A stretch of DNA of 64,000 nucleotides from the human T2T-CHM13v2.0 reference genome, Homo sapiens. This document shows, in pieces, positions 1 through 12,600 of this stretch. The position numbers were made by a program, and so were the translations under genes. The notes below the pieces were generated by a model. The model was given only the letters and a program-made list of their open reading frames with translations. It did no database searches and was not told the DNA's origin. How positions within the stretch are numbered: the stretch's first letter is position 1; every line of letters begins with the position of its first letter. The DNA lies in NCBI RefSeq assembly GCF_009914755.1, contig NC_060925.1; one strand, given 5' to 3'.

Positions 1-298
1 GGTGGGGCCTTTGGTAGGGGATTAGGTCACTAGGGTGGAGGCCTCACACATGGGATTAGTGCCCTTGTAAAAGAGACCTCCAAGAAATTCCTTACTCCTT
101 CCACCATGTGAGGACATATGGAGAAGATGGCCCTCTACCTATGAACCAGAAGTTGGCCCTGGACAGACCCCATATCTACTGGTGCTTTGACCTAGGACTT
201 TCCAGTCTCCAAAACAAGAACAACAACAAAAATTCTCTTGTTTATAAAGCCACTTAGTCTATGATAGTTTGTTTTGGCAGCCTAAACAGATTAAGACA
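1..298 (+). mobile_element. MaLR LTR (MLT1A-like), 5' end outside the window
   Basis: gggattagtgcccttgtaaaagag...ccatgtgaggaca...ggactttccagtctcc...taagaca terminus. Confidence 0.75.
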
Positions 299-1764
299 TT
301 CATTTTAGGACACAATCTGCAGGGGCATTCCCTTTTAGAGAACACTGTTTTAATGGCAGAGGGAAAAAGGTAATGGAGGAAGCATACAATAGCTCTTAAA
401 AGCTTCAGCTCAGCTTTGACATACCTCGGTTTGGCTCACATTTCATTAACAAAAGCAGGTCATGTGGCTAAGCTTGACATCAATGGACTAAAGTCCATAT
501 TCAGGCATAAAATATTTGGAACAAATAATGTTTTCTACTCCATCTTTTTTCCTCTTTCCAACTTCCAGGGATCAATTTATAAACAAATTTCTTTAAATAA
601 CCATTAAAATAAATATTAGAAATTTAAAAGACTTGACAAAACTATTATTTCAGCAACTATATATTAAGCAGTTAAAATGAGCAAGGTCCACTGTTCTCCA
701 GGCACGTACACTGTAGTGGGGTGGGCATATGTGTAAAGGCTGTCCAGACATTTTTGCCTAAGAAAATCATCACACTTTTTAAAATAATGTCAGAAGTCTG
801 TGCATGGATCTGGCTACTATTTTCACATGTAGATAGAGGTAGAAATTTTATTCCGAAAAATAAAACTAGTCTTGTGTATGAAGAAATGTTTTCTGAAAGA
901 AAATATAATCAAGCTTGCTTCGAAATTATTAGCCCTAATGAAAGTAGTTATATTTTGAGGTTACGGTCAACTCAGATTTGGCAAACAGCATATACAGTTT
1001 GTAGATTAGGAATTCCTATTTCTCTTTAACCTCATTTCACTTATCATTAGCACCTATACCAGAGGTTGGGTAAGGAAAGAGAGGAAAAATGAAATGTAAA
1101 ATTTTACATTTTATATATCAATGCCTGAAAATTACATCAAACACAATATTGCAAGGAGCTACTTAATACTTTCACAGACTAGGAGCCTTAAAAGAAGCCT
1201 TTACAGCCTACTCATTATAGTATTGACTGTATTTCTACAATTTCTCCTAAAGTAATCTTAAAATAATTAAAGCATTACTTTCTGTAATTATAAACTCAAA
1301 TAATTATAGATGTAAATATAAATTGCTTTCTCTTCACTAACCTCATTATATCAAATTTTTTTTTGTTTGTTTTCTGGCTTTTTTTTTTTTTTTAACAACC
1401 CCTCTATGGAGCAACTGAAATCAGGAAATGTATGTGTTGTTTAACTCTTTCTACTCAGCTGCTTCAGTTAGCAGGCTAGCTATATGAACTACTTGAAGTT
1501 CAGAATAGCCATAGAACTAAGGCAAAGTTTGCATAAACGTAGTTTTTTCTGTAGGCTGGTAAATAGCAATTGTGTCCATGTAGAGGGACTCAATGTCAAT
1601 AGTGAAAGCAGCCCACTACCCCCTACCCTTTTATTCTCATATTCCTTGTTTTTGGAGATAATACATCTCTAAAGCCTTTTTTTTTTTTTAAATTAGAGGA
1701 GTCTATGATTCATGTTTTCCTTGCCTACCAGATACAACCAACCTCTGTTACCCAATTTCTCTAT

Positions 1765-1880
1765 GTCAGACATTAGGCTGAATGTTTTTACATAGTTTAT
1801 CTCATTTAATTGAAACCTTGTGATGAAGATTTTATTATTCCCATTTTGCAGAGATATCTAAGGCTTGGAGTGCACAAGTA
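1765..1880 (-). mobile_element. MIR fragment
   Basis: tatctcatttaat...ttattattcccattttgcagaga core. Confidence 0.55.
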
Positions 1881-3039
1881 AAGCCACTAAATTGTTGATT
1901 TAGATACTTAAATTATTTTTTAATATGAGTAGTTTTCACACAACCATATCACACGGTCAGAATTTGGAAATACCAGCGTCACCATTCATAAGACCATGGA
2001 CAATTTAAAACTTTTGGTCCTTCTGAATTAAACAGTCTTCTATAGATACAGCATGGAAACTCTGCAAACAGACTTTTGGCTTTATGAAGGGAAGCATTAA
2101 TGTAAATATAATTGTTAATCGTAAATCAGAAAAACATAAGGGAGAGAGATGCAGTGAAAAGATCGTCAATCAAGCTTGTAAGTAGGTTCCACCTGTGAAT
2201 AATAATCTATTGCTCAAACCATAAGAAATACAGGTATTAAAGATAATTTATCATGTATTCATCACCAGCTACATGTGCTACAAGTATAATTTTAAATATC
2301 AACATACTGTATGCCCTCAAAGGGAATTTGTTGTGTGACTGATGATAGAATTTCAGAGAGCCAAGAGCTTTGGGAATAAACTGGTTTTAAAAAATCCAGA
2401 TATCATACCAAACATGTATTCTATCAAGTACATTTCTTTAAGGTATTTTTTAAAACTCTAATAGGCAGTAATGCGTACTGGAATTGCCTAGGTTACAGAT
2501 TGTCACAAAAATATGTTTTATTAATTCTTAGGGTCAGTTGTAGTCCTTGCCATCAATATAACTATTTTTTAAAAGAAGGATAGTTTTTATTATGTCCTTT
2601 TTCTAGTAGATATTTCACTGTTAATTGTTCATGGCTGGTAAACTCATATTTATGAAGACTCAAACATTTATTTAACTCAATATGCTTTTGTTTCTTCCTG
2701 ACATGTATGTAATCATATTTTATAAAGTACATTGGTCAGTGAGATTGTATGTATGACATCGGATTAAAAAATTTAATATGTAAAATAAACACATCGGGGG
2801 CGGTCATTAAATGATGGGTTTCTGTGCTACAACTCCTGATGCTATGATTTCACTGTTCCTGTGTAGGACCAAAAAATCAATTTAAAAAATAAGTCTTAGT
2901 AATTGTGATGCATGTCATTTACAGACTAGGTTTTAAGAGACACTAATCCATAAGTTAACAAAGTGAAAGTTGGTCGATTATTGATTCTTAAAGTGTGGCA
3001 AAGACTGATGTGAGGGAACAGGCAAGAAACAACCAAGGG

Positions 3040-4100
3040 CACAGTGCATTTGGGACTTAATAGAAAAATGAAGCAGTGGGGAGCGATGTGAGATGAGGGT
3101 GTAGGGGCAGTGTCTGCATAATTAAAGGCTTTAAATGCTATAATGAATTATCTTATACTAGAGTTTTCTTGTAGTCAGAGGTTCCCAAATGTTTTCACAC
3201 TGTGGCCTGTAGAGAGAGGATAATATCTGTGCACCATACTTGCTCATGTAGTCAGGACTGTTGACAACCAGAGGTGATCACTTGGTGGCTTTTGCAGCTC
3301 TGGCACCCTTTAGCCTACTCTTCACGTGTTGGGAAGTGCCATGAAGGGGGGTTGAAAGCCACTGAAGGACTTTAAATAGGAACCCTGGCATGCTCAGACT
3401 TGGCCAGAATGAGAAGGGAATAAAGAAGGGAAAGCAAGGCTGTAGTTAGAGAGACCTAGCATGAAATGATGGAGACCTCAAACAGCGTGGTCCTGGTAAG
3501 GAAGAAGCAGAGTGGGCTTAGATACTTCAGGGGAACATTAACTTATTGTTTAATGAGAAATGGGTGAGAGCAAAAGGGAGGATAGCGAAGAATGATTTCC
3601 AGGCCCCTAGTTTATGTATCTTAAATAATGGTATGACTTTATCTAAAATAGTAATGCACGGAAAATATAGGATGAATTGTTACAATTTAAATCTCTTTAT
3701 TTTGAAATATTGGAGGGACTTTCAGGTGAAAATATCCAGCAGGCAGTTGGATATATCCCTCCAAAGTTCAAAGGGGAGACCCAGTTAGAAGATAAAGAGT
3801 ATAATAAAAAAAATTATAGACTATATAAAACTTGCGATATAAAATATTAACTTGCTGCTTGGGTTAATTACATTTTTATAAATAAAATATAAGCTATTCA
3901 TAAAAATGAAAAAAAAAAGAAAATCAAGTCTCTGAAATTTCTACTGAGGTAAGAAATCATAATCATTCCTTTTAAAAATAATTTATTCCTTTAAAAAATA
4001 ACTATGTCACATAATTGAATTTAAAATGTATTTGTTAGTTGTTTTTTAAATAAAATTTCAGAATAATAATAAAAAAAGAAGATAAAGAGTTGGGTCCTTA
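3040..4100 (-). mobile_element. Degenerate L2 fragment, interrupted by a small hAT-like MITE (~3177-3340) and by the TSD-flanked insert at 3801-4076
   Basis: gccactgaaggactttaaatagg, gcaggcagttggatata, aagttcaaaggggagacc...gaagataaagagttggg resemble L2 3' consensus motifs. Confidence 0.6.
3801..4076 (+). mobile_element. L1-mediated insertion, probable orphan 3' transduction, with 14-bp TSD
   Basis: AGAAGATAAAGAGT at 3787-3800 and 4077-4090; TT|AGAA endonuclease-like site; A-rich tail; two internal AATAAA plus A-tract modules. Confidence 0.75.
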
Positions 4101-5076
4101 CTTACAAATTCAGTAACTATCATCAAGTCCATCCTCTGGACTACTTATTAGAATAAGAAGAGAGAACACAAAAAATCTAGAGCGAAGTTCTATAAAATAA
4201 TTTTACACTATGGATTCAAGGCTTAAATATGAGTGTTCCTACTCATTGGTCCAGTAACTCTTCTAGGAGAAATAGTTGAAAATGAGAGCAAAAAATAGCA
4301 TGTGAAGGAAGCCGTATGTTATGTATAATAGTGAAAAATTAGAAATAACCTTAATGTTATTAACCAAATTTGCACGTTTATACTAATAAAATGTTTGAAA
4401 CATAAATTGTGTTGCTTTGGGATCAAAGAAATAAACACAGTCCAGTAATCAAAAGTAAATTAAAGCAATTTAAATATTTCCTGCAGTCTCTTAAGAAACG
4501 CACACATATACACACATATACAATTAGAATATAAGGCACAGAGAAATATTATTTCTCCATTTTATGTTCTCAATGTCTTGTAAAACTATTATTTCTCAAT
4601 TGTTATGTTCTCAATGTCTCTCACTACTTCCTAAGGTCTAACCTCTGAAAAAGGTTGGACCTTTCTCTTGAAATTCTCATAGGTTCTTTTCTTCTCTCAG
4701 AAATAAATCTCTACTCTTTCTTATATAAGTCCCCTCTCCTGGGTTCCCAAATTTTGTTTATTTCTTTCTGGTTGTCTTGATTCTGCATCACAAAAGCCCA
4801 GGAATAAAGCTAGTGAAGGTACATTTTTTAATATAGGTGTATGGAAGATGAGCAATCAGAGCCAAAGGTACACCAGTGGGCAAGGAAGGGGGAAAGAATC
4901 TCAACACTTAGTCAAAAGGTCATTTTTGTTTTCCAAAAAGGTTAAGCAAAAATAAAAAAAATAAAAATAAACACATCAGGATGTCAAATCTTATGTAATC
5001 TACAATATGCAATTTGTGGTGTAAAAAATATGCTTGGAAAAAACAAAGAAAAATTCTGGAGGGAAACATTTTAGAA

Positions 5077-5512
5077 TTTTTTTTTCTTTTTTTTTCCTAT
5101 GTTTTTTGGGGGGAACAGATGGTATTTGGTTACATGAGTAAGTTCTTTAGTGGTGATTGTGAGATTTTGGTGCACCCATCACCTCAGCAGTATACACTGA
5201 ACCCAATGTGTAGTCTGTTATCCCGCATCCCCCTCCCGCCCTTTCCTGCCGAGTCCCCAAAGTCCGTTGTATCATTCTTATGCCTTTGCGTCCTCATAGC
5301 TTAGCTCCCACTTATGAGTGAGAACATATGATGTTTGGTTTTCCATTCCTGAGTTACTTCACTTAGAATAATGTTCTCTAATTCCACCCAAGTTGCTGCA
5401 AATGCCATTAATTCATTCCTTTTTATGGCTGAGTAGTATTCCATCATGTATCTATCTATCTAGATGGATAGATATATATCGATATACCACAGTTTCTTTA
5501 TACCACAGTTTC
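5077..5512 (-). mobile_element. L1PB-type 3' end (5'-truncated), nested in an older L1M fragment (~4990-5630)
   Basis: T-tract then ggggaacagatggtatttggttacatgagtaagttctttagtggtgat...cccacttatgagtgagaacat. Confidence 0.8.
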
Positions 5513-5879
5513 TAGAAATTTAATAGCAATTATCACTGGACATTGAAATTACAAGGGATTGCAATATTTTTCTTTAATTTTGTTATAGGTTCTACATTTT
5601 CTGTAAGTAGGCCAAAAATCTTCAATAAACATAAAACAGATTATTATTTATATTAAAATAAATTTTATTTTAAAAATAATTTAGTTATTCAAACAATAAA
5701 TTTTAAGTCACAGAGCTACTAACAGAAGTAGCTATATATAGACAGAAGTATTAAGTAAATATTTGCTATTTTTAAATACTGAAAAGTTATATTAGAAAAA
5801 TACCAGTTTCAAAAATATTCAAGAAACGAAAGATAGTTTATTTCAATTATAAGCTATGTGGGTTTGAATCATTTTACTT

Positions 5880-5970
5880 AAATTCTATGTTTTCTCATCT
5901 GCCTAATGGGAATAATTATTTTAAACTGCATAGGAGTGTTGTGAGGATTAAATGAAAAATGAATGTGTGA
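5880..5970 (+). mobile_element. MIR fragment
   Basis: ttttctcatctg...aatgggaataat...gtgttgtgaggattaaatga. Confidence 0.6.
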
Positions 5971-8099
5971 CACTCTATGACGTCTTAACTTGATTTGATT
6001 TATAGTCAGACTTGAGATTCACAATAGACTTCATCAAGCACCAATTTTACTTGTCTTGAAGAAAATGCACAGGACCAGTGTCATAGCATGCACAATGACA
6101 ACACAGCAGAGGTCTCCTGATTCTCAGACACAGCTTTGGATGTCCCAGTCATTCTGCACCCTGGGTGTGTGTGGCCACAAGGAATAAAGCTGATTGAATA
6201 CAACTTCAGCTCGGGAAAATCATCAGCTCTGAGATCCTCCCTTCAGTTTTTATATCAAGCCATGTGTTTGTGACTGAGTAGTCACATCTAATCAGGTTTA
6301 TGTGATTAGCCCTATTTCTTCAGGGCAGCTCCATTTCATTAGTTCCCAATTACTCGTTAAACAACCTTGACAATGAGTTACACATGCTTAGTCATTTCCA
6401 TGGAACTCTCATTTATCTTGCATCAATATAGGTAAATATCTAACTATTCCTCAGTTGCTGCTGCAAATCAGAGGTCTAGTCTTCAGCCATTTCCAGAGAG
6501 GAGGCCAAAGAAACAGCTGTTAGTCCTTTTTCGGTATATAAAATGCTCAGGATAGTGCCTGACACGTAGTAAGCAAACAAAAACTTCACAGAATCATTGA
6601 ATTTGTTTTTTCAAAATTGACAAATAAAGTGCATATTCTGATATTGTAATTTAAAAAAATAATAGAACAAAGGAATCCACTGCTTGGTTGTAATATCTTT
6701 TCTTCATTGATAATTTTCAAAATGATTGTTGCTAAAATCATATGCCTCTGTCAAATTCCTTTCACGTCAAATAAAATTAAATCCTATGATGTCCTTGAAA
6801 TCATGTTGTGTTACAGGTCAGTGGTTATCATAGATGACTTTAAATATTCATTACAGGAATATTGAGGGATGATGGCAAGTCATGGTCTTGAGAGTCGTTG
6901 CTGAAATAGGCTATTGGAGTGTGAGTTGGTCATTAAACTGTGAAGGATCATTCATGTCAACATGAAAGTCCCCTTGATTAGGAAGTTACCTAGTTGGTAA
7001 CTGGGAATATTGGTTGAAGGAAGTGAAAGTGTAGTGAAAAGAGAAGTTTGTCCAAGAGCACGGCTTATAAGAGGGTTATGCAAGAAGATGGTAGCTAAAC
7101 TATTTTTTATAATAAATAACCATGAATTTGGGGGTCAGAGAGTGAAAATAGAGAGATGATGGGGACAGAAATAAGGGATAAGAGAATAGATGAGGCAACT
7201 TGTTAGAAGGCCTTGCCCTTTAGAGAAAAATAGCCAGTAAAATACTCCTCTCAGTGGGATGTACAACAGACTAGTTAGAAGAATGTCAAATTCTCATTTT
7301 TAACACATCAGTGTTACTACTTATAAAGCCTCTCTGCCTTGCCAGATCTTCAGTTCGATTTTATTACTTTTATAGCTTAGGGAGTAGAATGGTAGCAAAT
7401 ATTACAACTGGGCTATGAACAGATATAACATGTCCCACATTGGCCTCTCTGTTGAAGCCAATGTGATAGAAACAACTCTTCTTGAGGCATCGCAGTCCAG
7501 ACGTTTGATGTGGTGACTGACAGCAAAGTGAGGCTTAACCTGTGGTGTGGTGAAGCATTCTGTGCAGCAGTGGAGCACAGGTGGATGACTCAGGAGACTA
7601 AGCTCCTTCTCCCATATTTACCAAGGAAGGCCATGCCAGGGGAAACACACATGCTGAGTAAATAATGAAAGAGAATCAACTGGATAGAGTTGAAACATTC
7701 TCAATAAATATTAATTTTTAACAATTACTAGTTAATTTATTTAGTTATTCTTTGAATTTGAGCAGAATCTCTTTCTCTCCTTTTTTTAATTCCTTGGGCT
7801 TGTGTGTGCTCTCAAGACTTAGAATGTGAGGTCACAACGTTTCCTGTGATACAGACTTGAAAGAGTATAGGCCTTTCTCTGTACTCATTGTAGCTCAGTA
7901 CTATTCCTAGCTTCTTAGCCCCTTCATGGCTTTTTAAAGGAAGGAAAAGCTAATTATTGGTGCTCCAGGACTGGGCAAAGCCGAGAAAAAAGAGATTTTT
8001 CTTTTCCTTCATGTGGCATCAGTTTGATTGCTTGTTTTCTAGAAAATAGAGAGAAGGTTACCTATCAAAGGGCACAGTCTTTTCCCAATAGCAATCGTA

Positions 8100-8300
8100 A
8101 CAACCTCATTTATTGAGAACCGAATACTTAGAATTGTATACAAACTCTGAATCGTATAAAACTCCTGCAATGTACCTGTTATCTATACTTTAAAATAGCG
8201 CACAATTATTCTCATGGAAGTTAAGTGATTTGACAAGTTGGCAAAGTAAGTGACAGAGCTAGAACAGAATTAAAACTTCTTGTTATTCCCACTAAACCAC
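8100..8300 (-). mobile_element. MIR fragment
   Basis: catttattgag...gaagttaagtgatttgacaag...gtaagtgacagagctagaa. Confidence 0.5.
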
Positions 8301-9654
8301 CTATAGGTCTTGATAACCATAGACCTTAGAAAACTAAACATTTACTAATTGTTTATTTGTAATTTATCTTCCCAATACTAATGTAACAGATTTCAACTTT
8401 CTGTCCAAATTACCCTAATTACTAAAAGGCCTATACACCTGTAATGAAACATGAATTTTGAAATACATTTGCACAGAATATAATAAAGTTTTCTTAGAGT
8501 TAAACTTCAGTACTATTGTAGGCGCTTAGTGTCTGAAGACCACTGGCTGCCTTGGATGACCTCTAAATGCACCCTCCAGCTCTGTGATTTAATGAAGAAA
8601 TCACTGACATAGTTCCCATGTTTTGCATTATAATTTCATAAAATTTTTGTTTATATCTGTAATTTAATGCAAAGCCATATGGTTATCAGAAATAATGGAT
8701 ATTTAATTTGATTATTTAAGCATTTGACTTATTTTGTTTCATTCAAGGGAAAAAGAAAAACTATTTTGAATTCTATTAATTTTCTGCTTCATAGAGAATT
8801 AGACATTTATGAAAAAAGTTCATAACAGAAGTTCTCAAAGTAAAGTTAGGTTGATAGATTCATTTAATGCACAATTCTTATACACTTATAAAATTTCAAA
8901 AATTCATATTTGTATCATATATTCATAGGTCACAGGAGAGGTAAAATGAGTACGTGGAATATGGCCTGAATATATAGGAGCTAATTAGAAAATAAAGTAA
9001 TATGCTATATTTTAGAAATGAGAAAAGCAGAACTTGGTAATAAAGGGCTTAGTTTGATAAACCATGAGTTGAGAACCAAAAGTGGTTCTGGCCCTTGGAA
9101 CTGCAAAATAGTTTCACCTACTGTAACCAGGCTAATATATTGCTCCTGGTAGCCTGCTGCCACTCCAAAATTTTCTCCTCAGAGTTTGTCATTTTTGTGA
9201 ATTCAAGCTCTTCAGAATGTTTCAATTACAAAAGGACAATTTTACATTAACCCATCAACATAGACTTACTTTCAGTTTCCTAACTTAAAGTAGGGACTTG
9301 AAAGAAAAAGATCTAAAATAGGTCAACGGTAGAGAGTTTGTGGGGGATTGTAAGCATGTGAAATTGATGATGGTGGTCTCTGTAACGGGATCCCTGATGG
9401 ATCCCACAGCAGCATGGAGGCTCTGACTTCTTGCAAGGGAGAGAGGCGCTAGGGAAAGAAGATGTTAGAGACAGTAACAAAGCAAAATTTCCTCATGTGC
9501 AGTTTATCCAAGGATGGCTCACAAATAGAATTATTCTACTCATGAAGGAAAAAGAAATACAACTAGCCAAATGATCCACCTGGAATTATTTCCTCCTTAG
9601 CTACACAAACAGGTAAAAACAAATCCATACATTACATTTTACAATTATATTCTG

Positions 9655-10960
9655 AAGAGGTGTCCACTTCTGAGCAAGATGGAGTAGGTGGGACTGGATT
9701 CACCCTCCAGCCTGAAGCAATAAAAAAAGCAACCTGGCAACACATATGAAACAATGGTTTCCGAGACATCAGCTATCAGAGAATGAAGAGTAGTCATCCC
9801 TAAGAAATGGAAAACAAACAAGGTGAGCCCTATTGCTTGAACTTACTACCATGAGAGAGTTTCCGGGCAACAGCACAGGGAGAGGGATTCATAGAGAGCC
9901 GAGTGTTTGAGGAGACCCAGACAGATGAAATTCATGAGACGGAGTACCTGAGGGGAGAGCTGCACAGAGACAGACCAGAGATCTGCAGAAGCTCCTTTTA
10001 GTATTCAGCTGAGTTTATATCAGCACATGCATGTAAGGAAAGTTCCCAAGACCTGGGAAAGAATAAAGCTGAAATGATTAGAGATAATAATGCCCAGCAC
10101 TCACAGAGGGCCAAGAATTGTACCTGTGCCCAGTAGCCAGACTGAATAACTTCATGATTTATGAAACATTTGGTAGGATATTGCTTCGGTAGTTACAAAT
10201 ATTCTCCTCCAGATTCGATACGGTCTTGTGCTGCTTAACAAATCTTAAAAGCAAGACTTAAAAGAACCAAACTGTTTCTAAAAAACTGCATTGCAGAACA
10301 CAGCTCAAGAAGGCATGCATAGAAACAGGAAAATAAGACCCAAATGAGGAGAAAAATAAATCAATCAAAACAGATCATAAATTGATCCAGATGTTAGAAT
10401 TACCAGATAAGGGCACCAAAACAGTTATTACAACTGTATTCCAGATGTTCAAAAAGTTAAGTAGAATTATGAGATATGAGAAAGATTCAAATCAAACTTA
10501 TAGAGAAAGAATCTACAAGGTATAAGACGAAAAGTACGTTGGAAGAGATGAATGACAAATTAGACGTTGAAGGGAAGGTTAGTGATTTGAAGACATAGCA
10601 ATGGAAATGATCCAAAATTAAACATAAAGAGAAAAAAGGATTAGAAAACAAAACAAAGCAAAGCAAACGAAACACCCACAAAACTGTGACAACTTTACAA
10701 AGTCTAAGATATGCAAAATTGGACTCCCTGAAAAAGAGAGTGAGAATAAAAAGTTTTGAAGAAATAATGCCCAAACTTCTCTAAAAAGGATGAAAACTAT
10801 GAATACATAGGTTAAAAAAAAAAAAAAACTTGAATTTCCAGCCAACAGCATGTGGAGAGTGATCCATGTAGAGCCTAATGTTTGAGGAGACCCGGACAGA
10901 TGAAATTCTCGGGACAGAGTACCTGAGAGGAGAGCTGCAACGGGACAGACCAGAGACAGA
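9655..10960 (+). mobile_element. Old L1M (L1MC/MD-type) 5' UTR plus ORF1 remnant
   Basis: cttctgagcaagatggagtag start; ORF1-like ccagatgttagaattaccagataag, gcaaaattggactccctgaaaaagag, tttgaagaaataatgccc. Confidence 0.7.
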
Positions 10961-11039
10961 CCAAAAAAACAAAAGCAAAACAAAACAAAACAAAAAACAA
11001 ATCCCAAGTACAAGAAACACACACACAAAACCATACCCA

Positions 11040-12104
11040 TTTTCTTTCTTAATTATATCTCTTACTTTTCTCTCATTCTGTCAATAAGCAGGAAATGTTT
11101 TCCTGAAATATAATTATCTTCTCTAATTCTTGAATAATATTTTGTTTTTGAAAATATTTTGTCTGTCTTTTTTCTTCTATGGAAAATTGTGCTCTCATTT
11201 CACTCTAATTTTGGTTCCTCTGCAGGTGCTCCCTATTTTCTTTCTGGTTTCTTAATGCATTTTCTTTATCTTCAGTGTATTGTGATGTGCCTTGGTTGGG
11301 GATTTATATTTACTGTATCTTTATTTTTTCAAATGTTATTTATGATTCTTAAGACTTTTTGAGCTTCTTGAATGTGAAGTTTCACAAACCTCGTGGGTTT
11401 GGGGAAAATTTGAACCATTTATCACTTTGAATATGGTCTCTTCGCCATTCTCTCTGTTCTGTCTCAGTATTCCTATTAGATGAATATCAGAACCTTTTCT
11501 TCTATCATTGTTGTCTATTAATCTTACTAACATATTTTCCTTTCATCTATTTCTTTTCAGCTATGTCTAATATGCTCTAATTTGTTGATTTAGTTTTAAA
11601 TGTCAGTGCCTACATTTTCCTTTTCAACAGATCTGTTTGCCTTTTAAAATGGACCTATTCTTTTTTATATAATGTGCTTTATTTTTCATATTACAATTTA
11701 AAATTTTATAAAGATATATATCTTACATAGTTATATATCTTCTCTAAAGTTATATATCTTATGTAGATGATTATATATCTGTAGCTATTTAAGTATATAG
11801 TTGTTATATATAGTTATTTTTATCTAGTTATATAAAAGTTATATTTGTCAGTCTATCTTAAGGGTTGGGGATCTAATCTATCTATGGTTTCTGCTAACTT
11901 GTTCCTTGTTTGTTTTTCTTATGACTTATAATTTTTTATTTTGAGTCTTTCTTCAAGAGGTTTTTAAAAACATTTGTTGTATTTATCCTATGAGTACCTT
12001 TTGGAACTGCATCCTGGTCATATCCCTGTAGAACATTTTTTGCTGTGCTTTTGCAAAGTAGCCAAGGATACCACTGGCTCAAAATCAGTTTTTTATGTTC
12101 CCTT

Positions 12105-12149
<45 letters not shown>

Positions 12150-12600
12150 AAGAGAAGTGGATCTCAGATCATATGGGTACTGTAAATGGGATAGATGCAG
12201 AGTCTCAGGGTTTTGATTTCCTGGAGGTAGGATGTGAAAGGACAGGAAGTCATTAGCTTCATTGTTGCTCACCACATCCCTGACAGTAGGAAGATTATTT
12301 TTTAGGCCTTCTTTTTCCCTGAACAGCTCAGTTTCACATCCCCCCAGCTCCTTTCCATGACCATTAAAAACCAAACTCTTGATGCAAGGGATCCGTTTTT
12401 TCTTCTTCTCTCCCCTCTATCAGCCAACAGGACAGACACAGTATGAACGTCCATTGAGTGTCATGCTGATTTTCAGCTCTTTCATCCCCTGTGTTACCTG
12501 GTGATCTCCCTTTCCTTCACTTACATATTTAAATAATATTTGTTGTATTTGATTCATTATTTCTGATTATTTGTAATGGGAGGATTTTAAGTTTATGTAC
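11040..12600 (-). mobile_element. Old L1/HAL1 ORF1-region remnant, antisense
   Basis: ORF 11336-11533(-) RRKGSDIHLIGIL..ENGEETIFKVINGSNFP resembles the L1 ORF1p RRM motif; boundaries approximate. Confidence 0.6.
12107..12146. repeat. (GT)20 microsatellite
   Basis: Perfect dinucleotide run. Confidence 0.97.
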
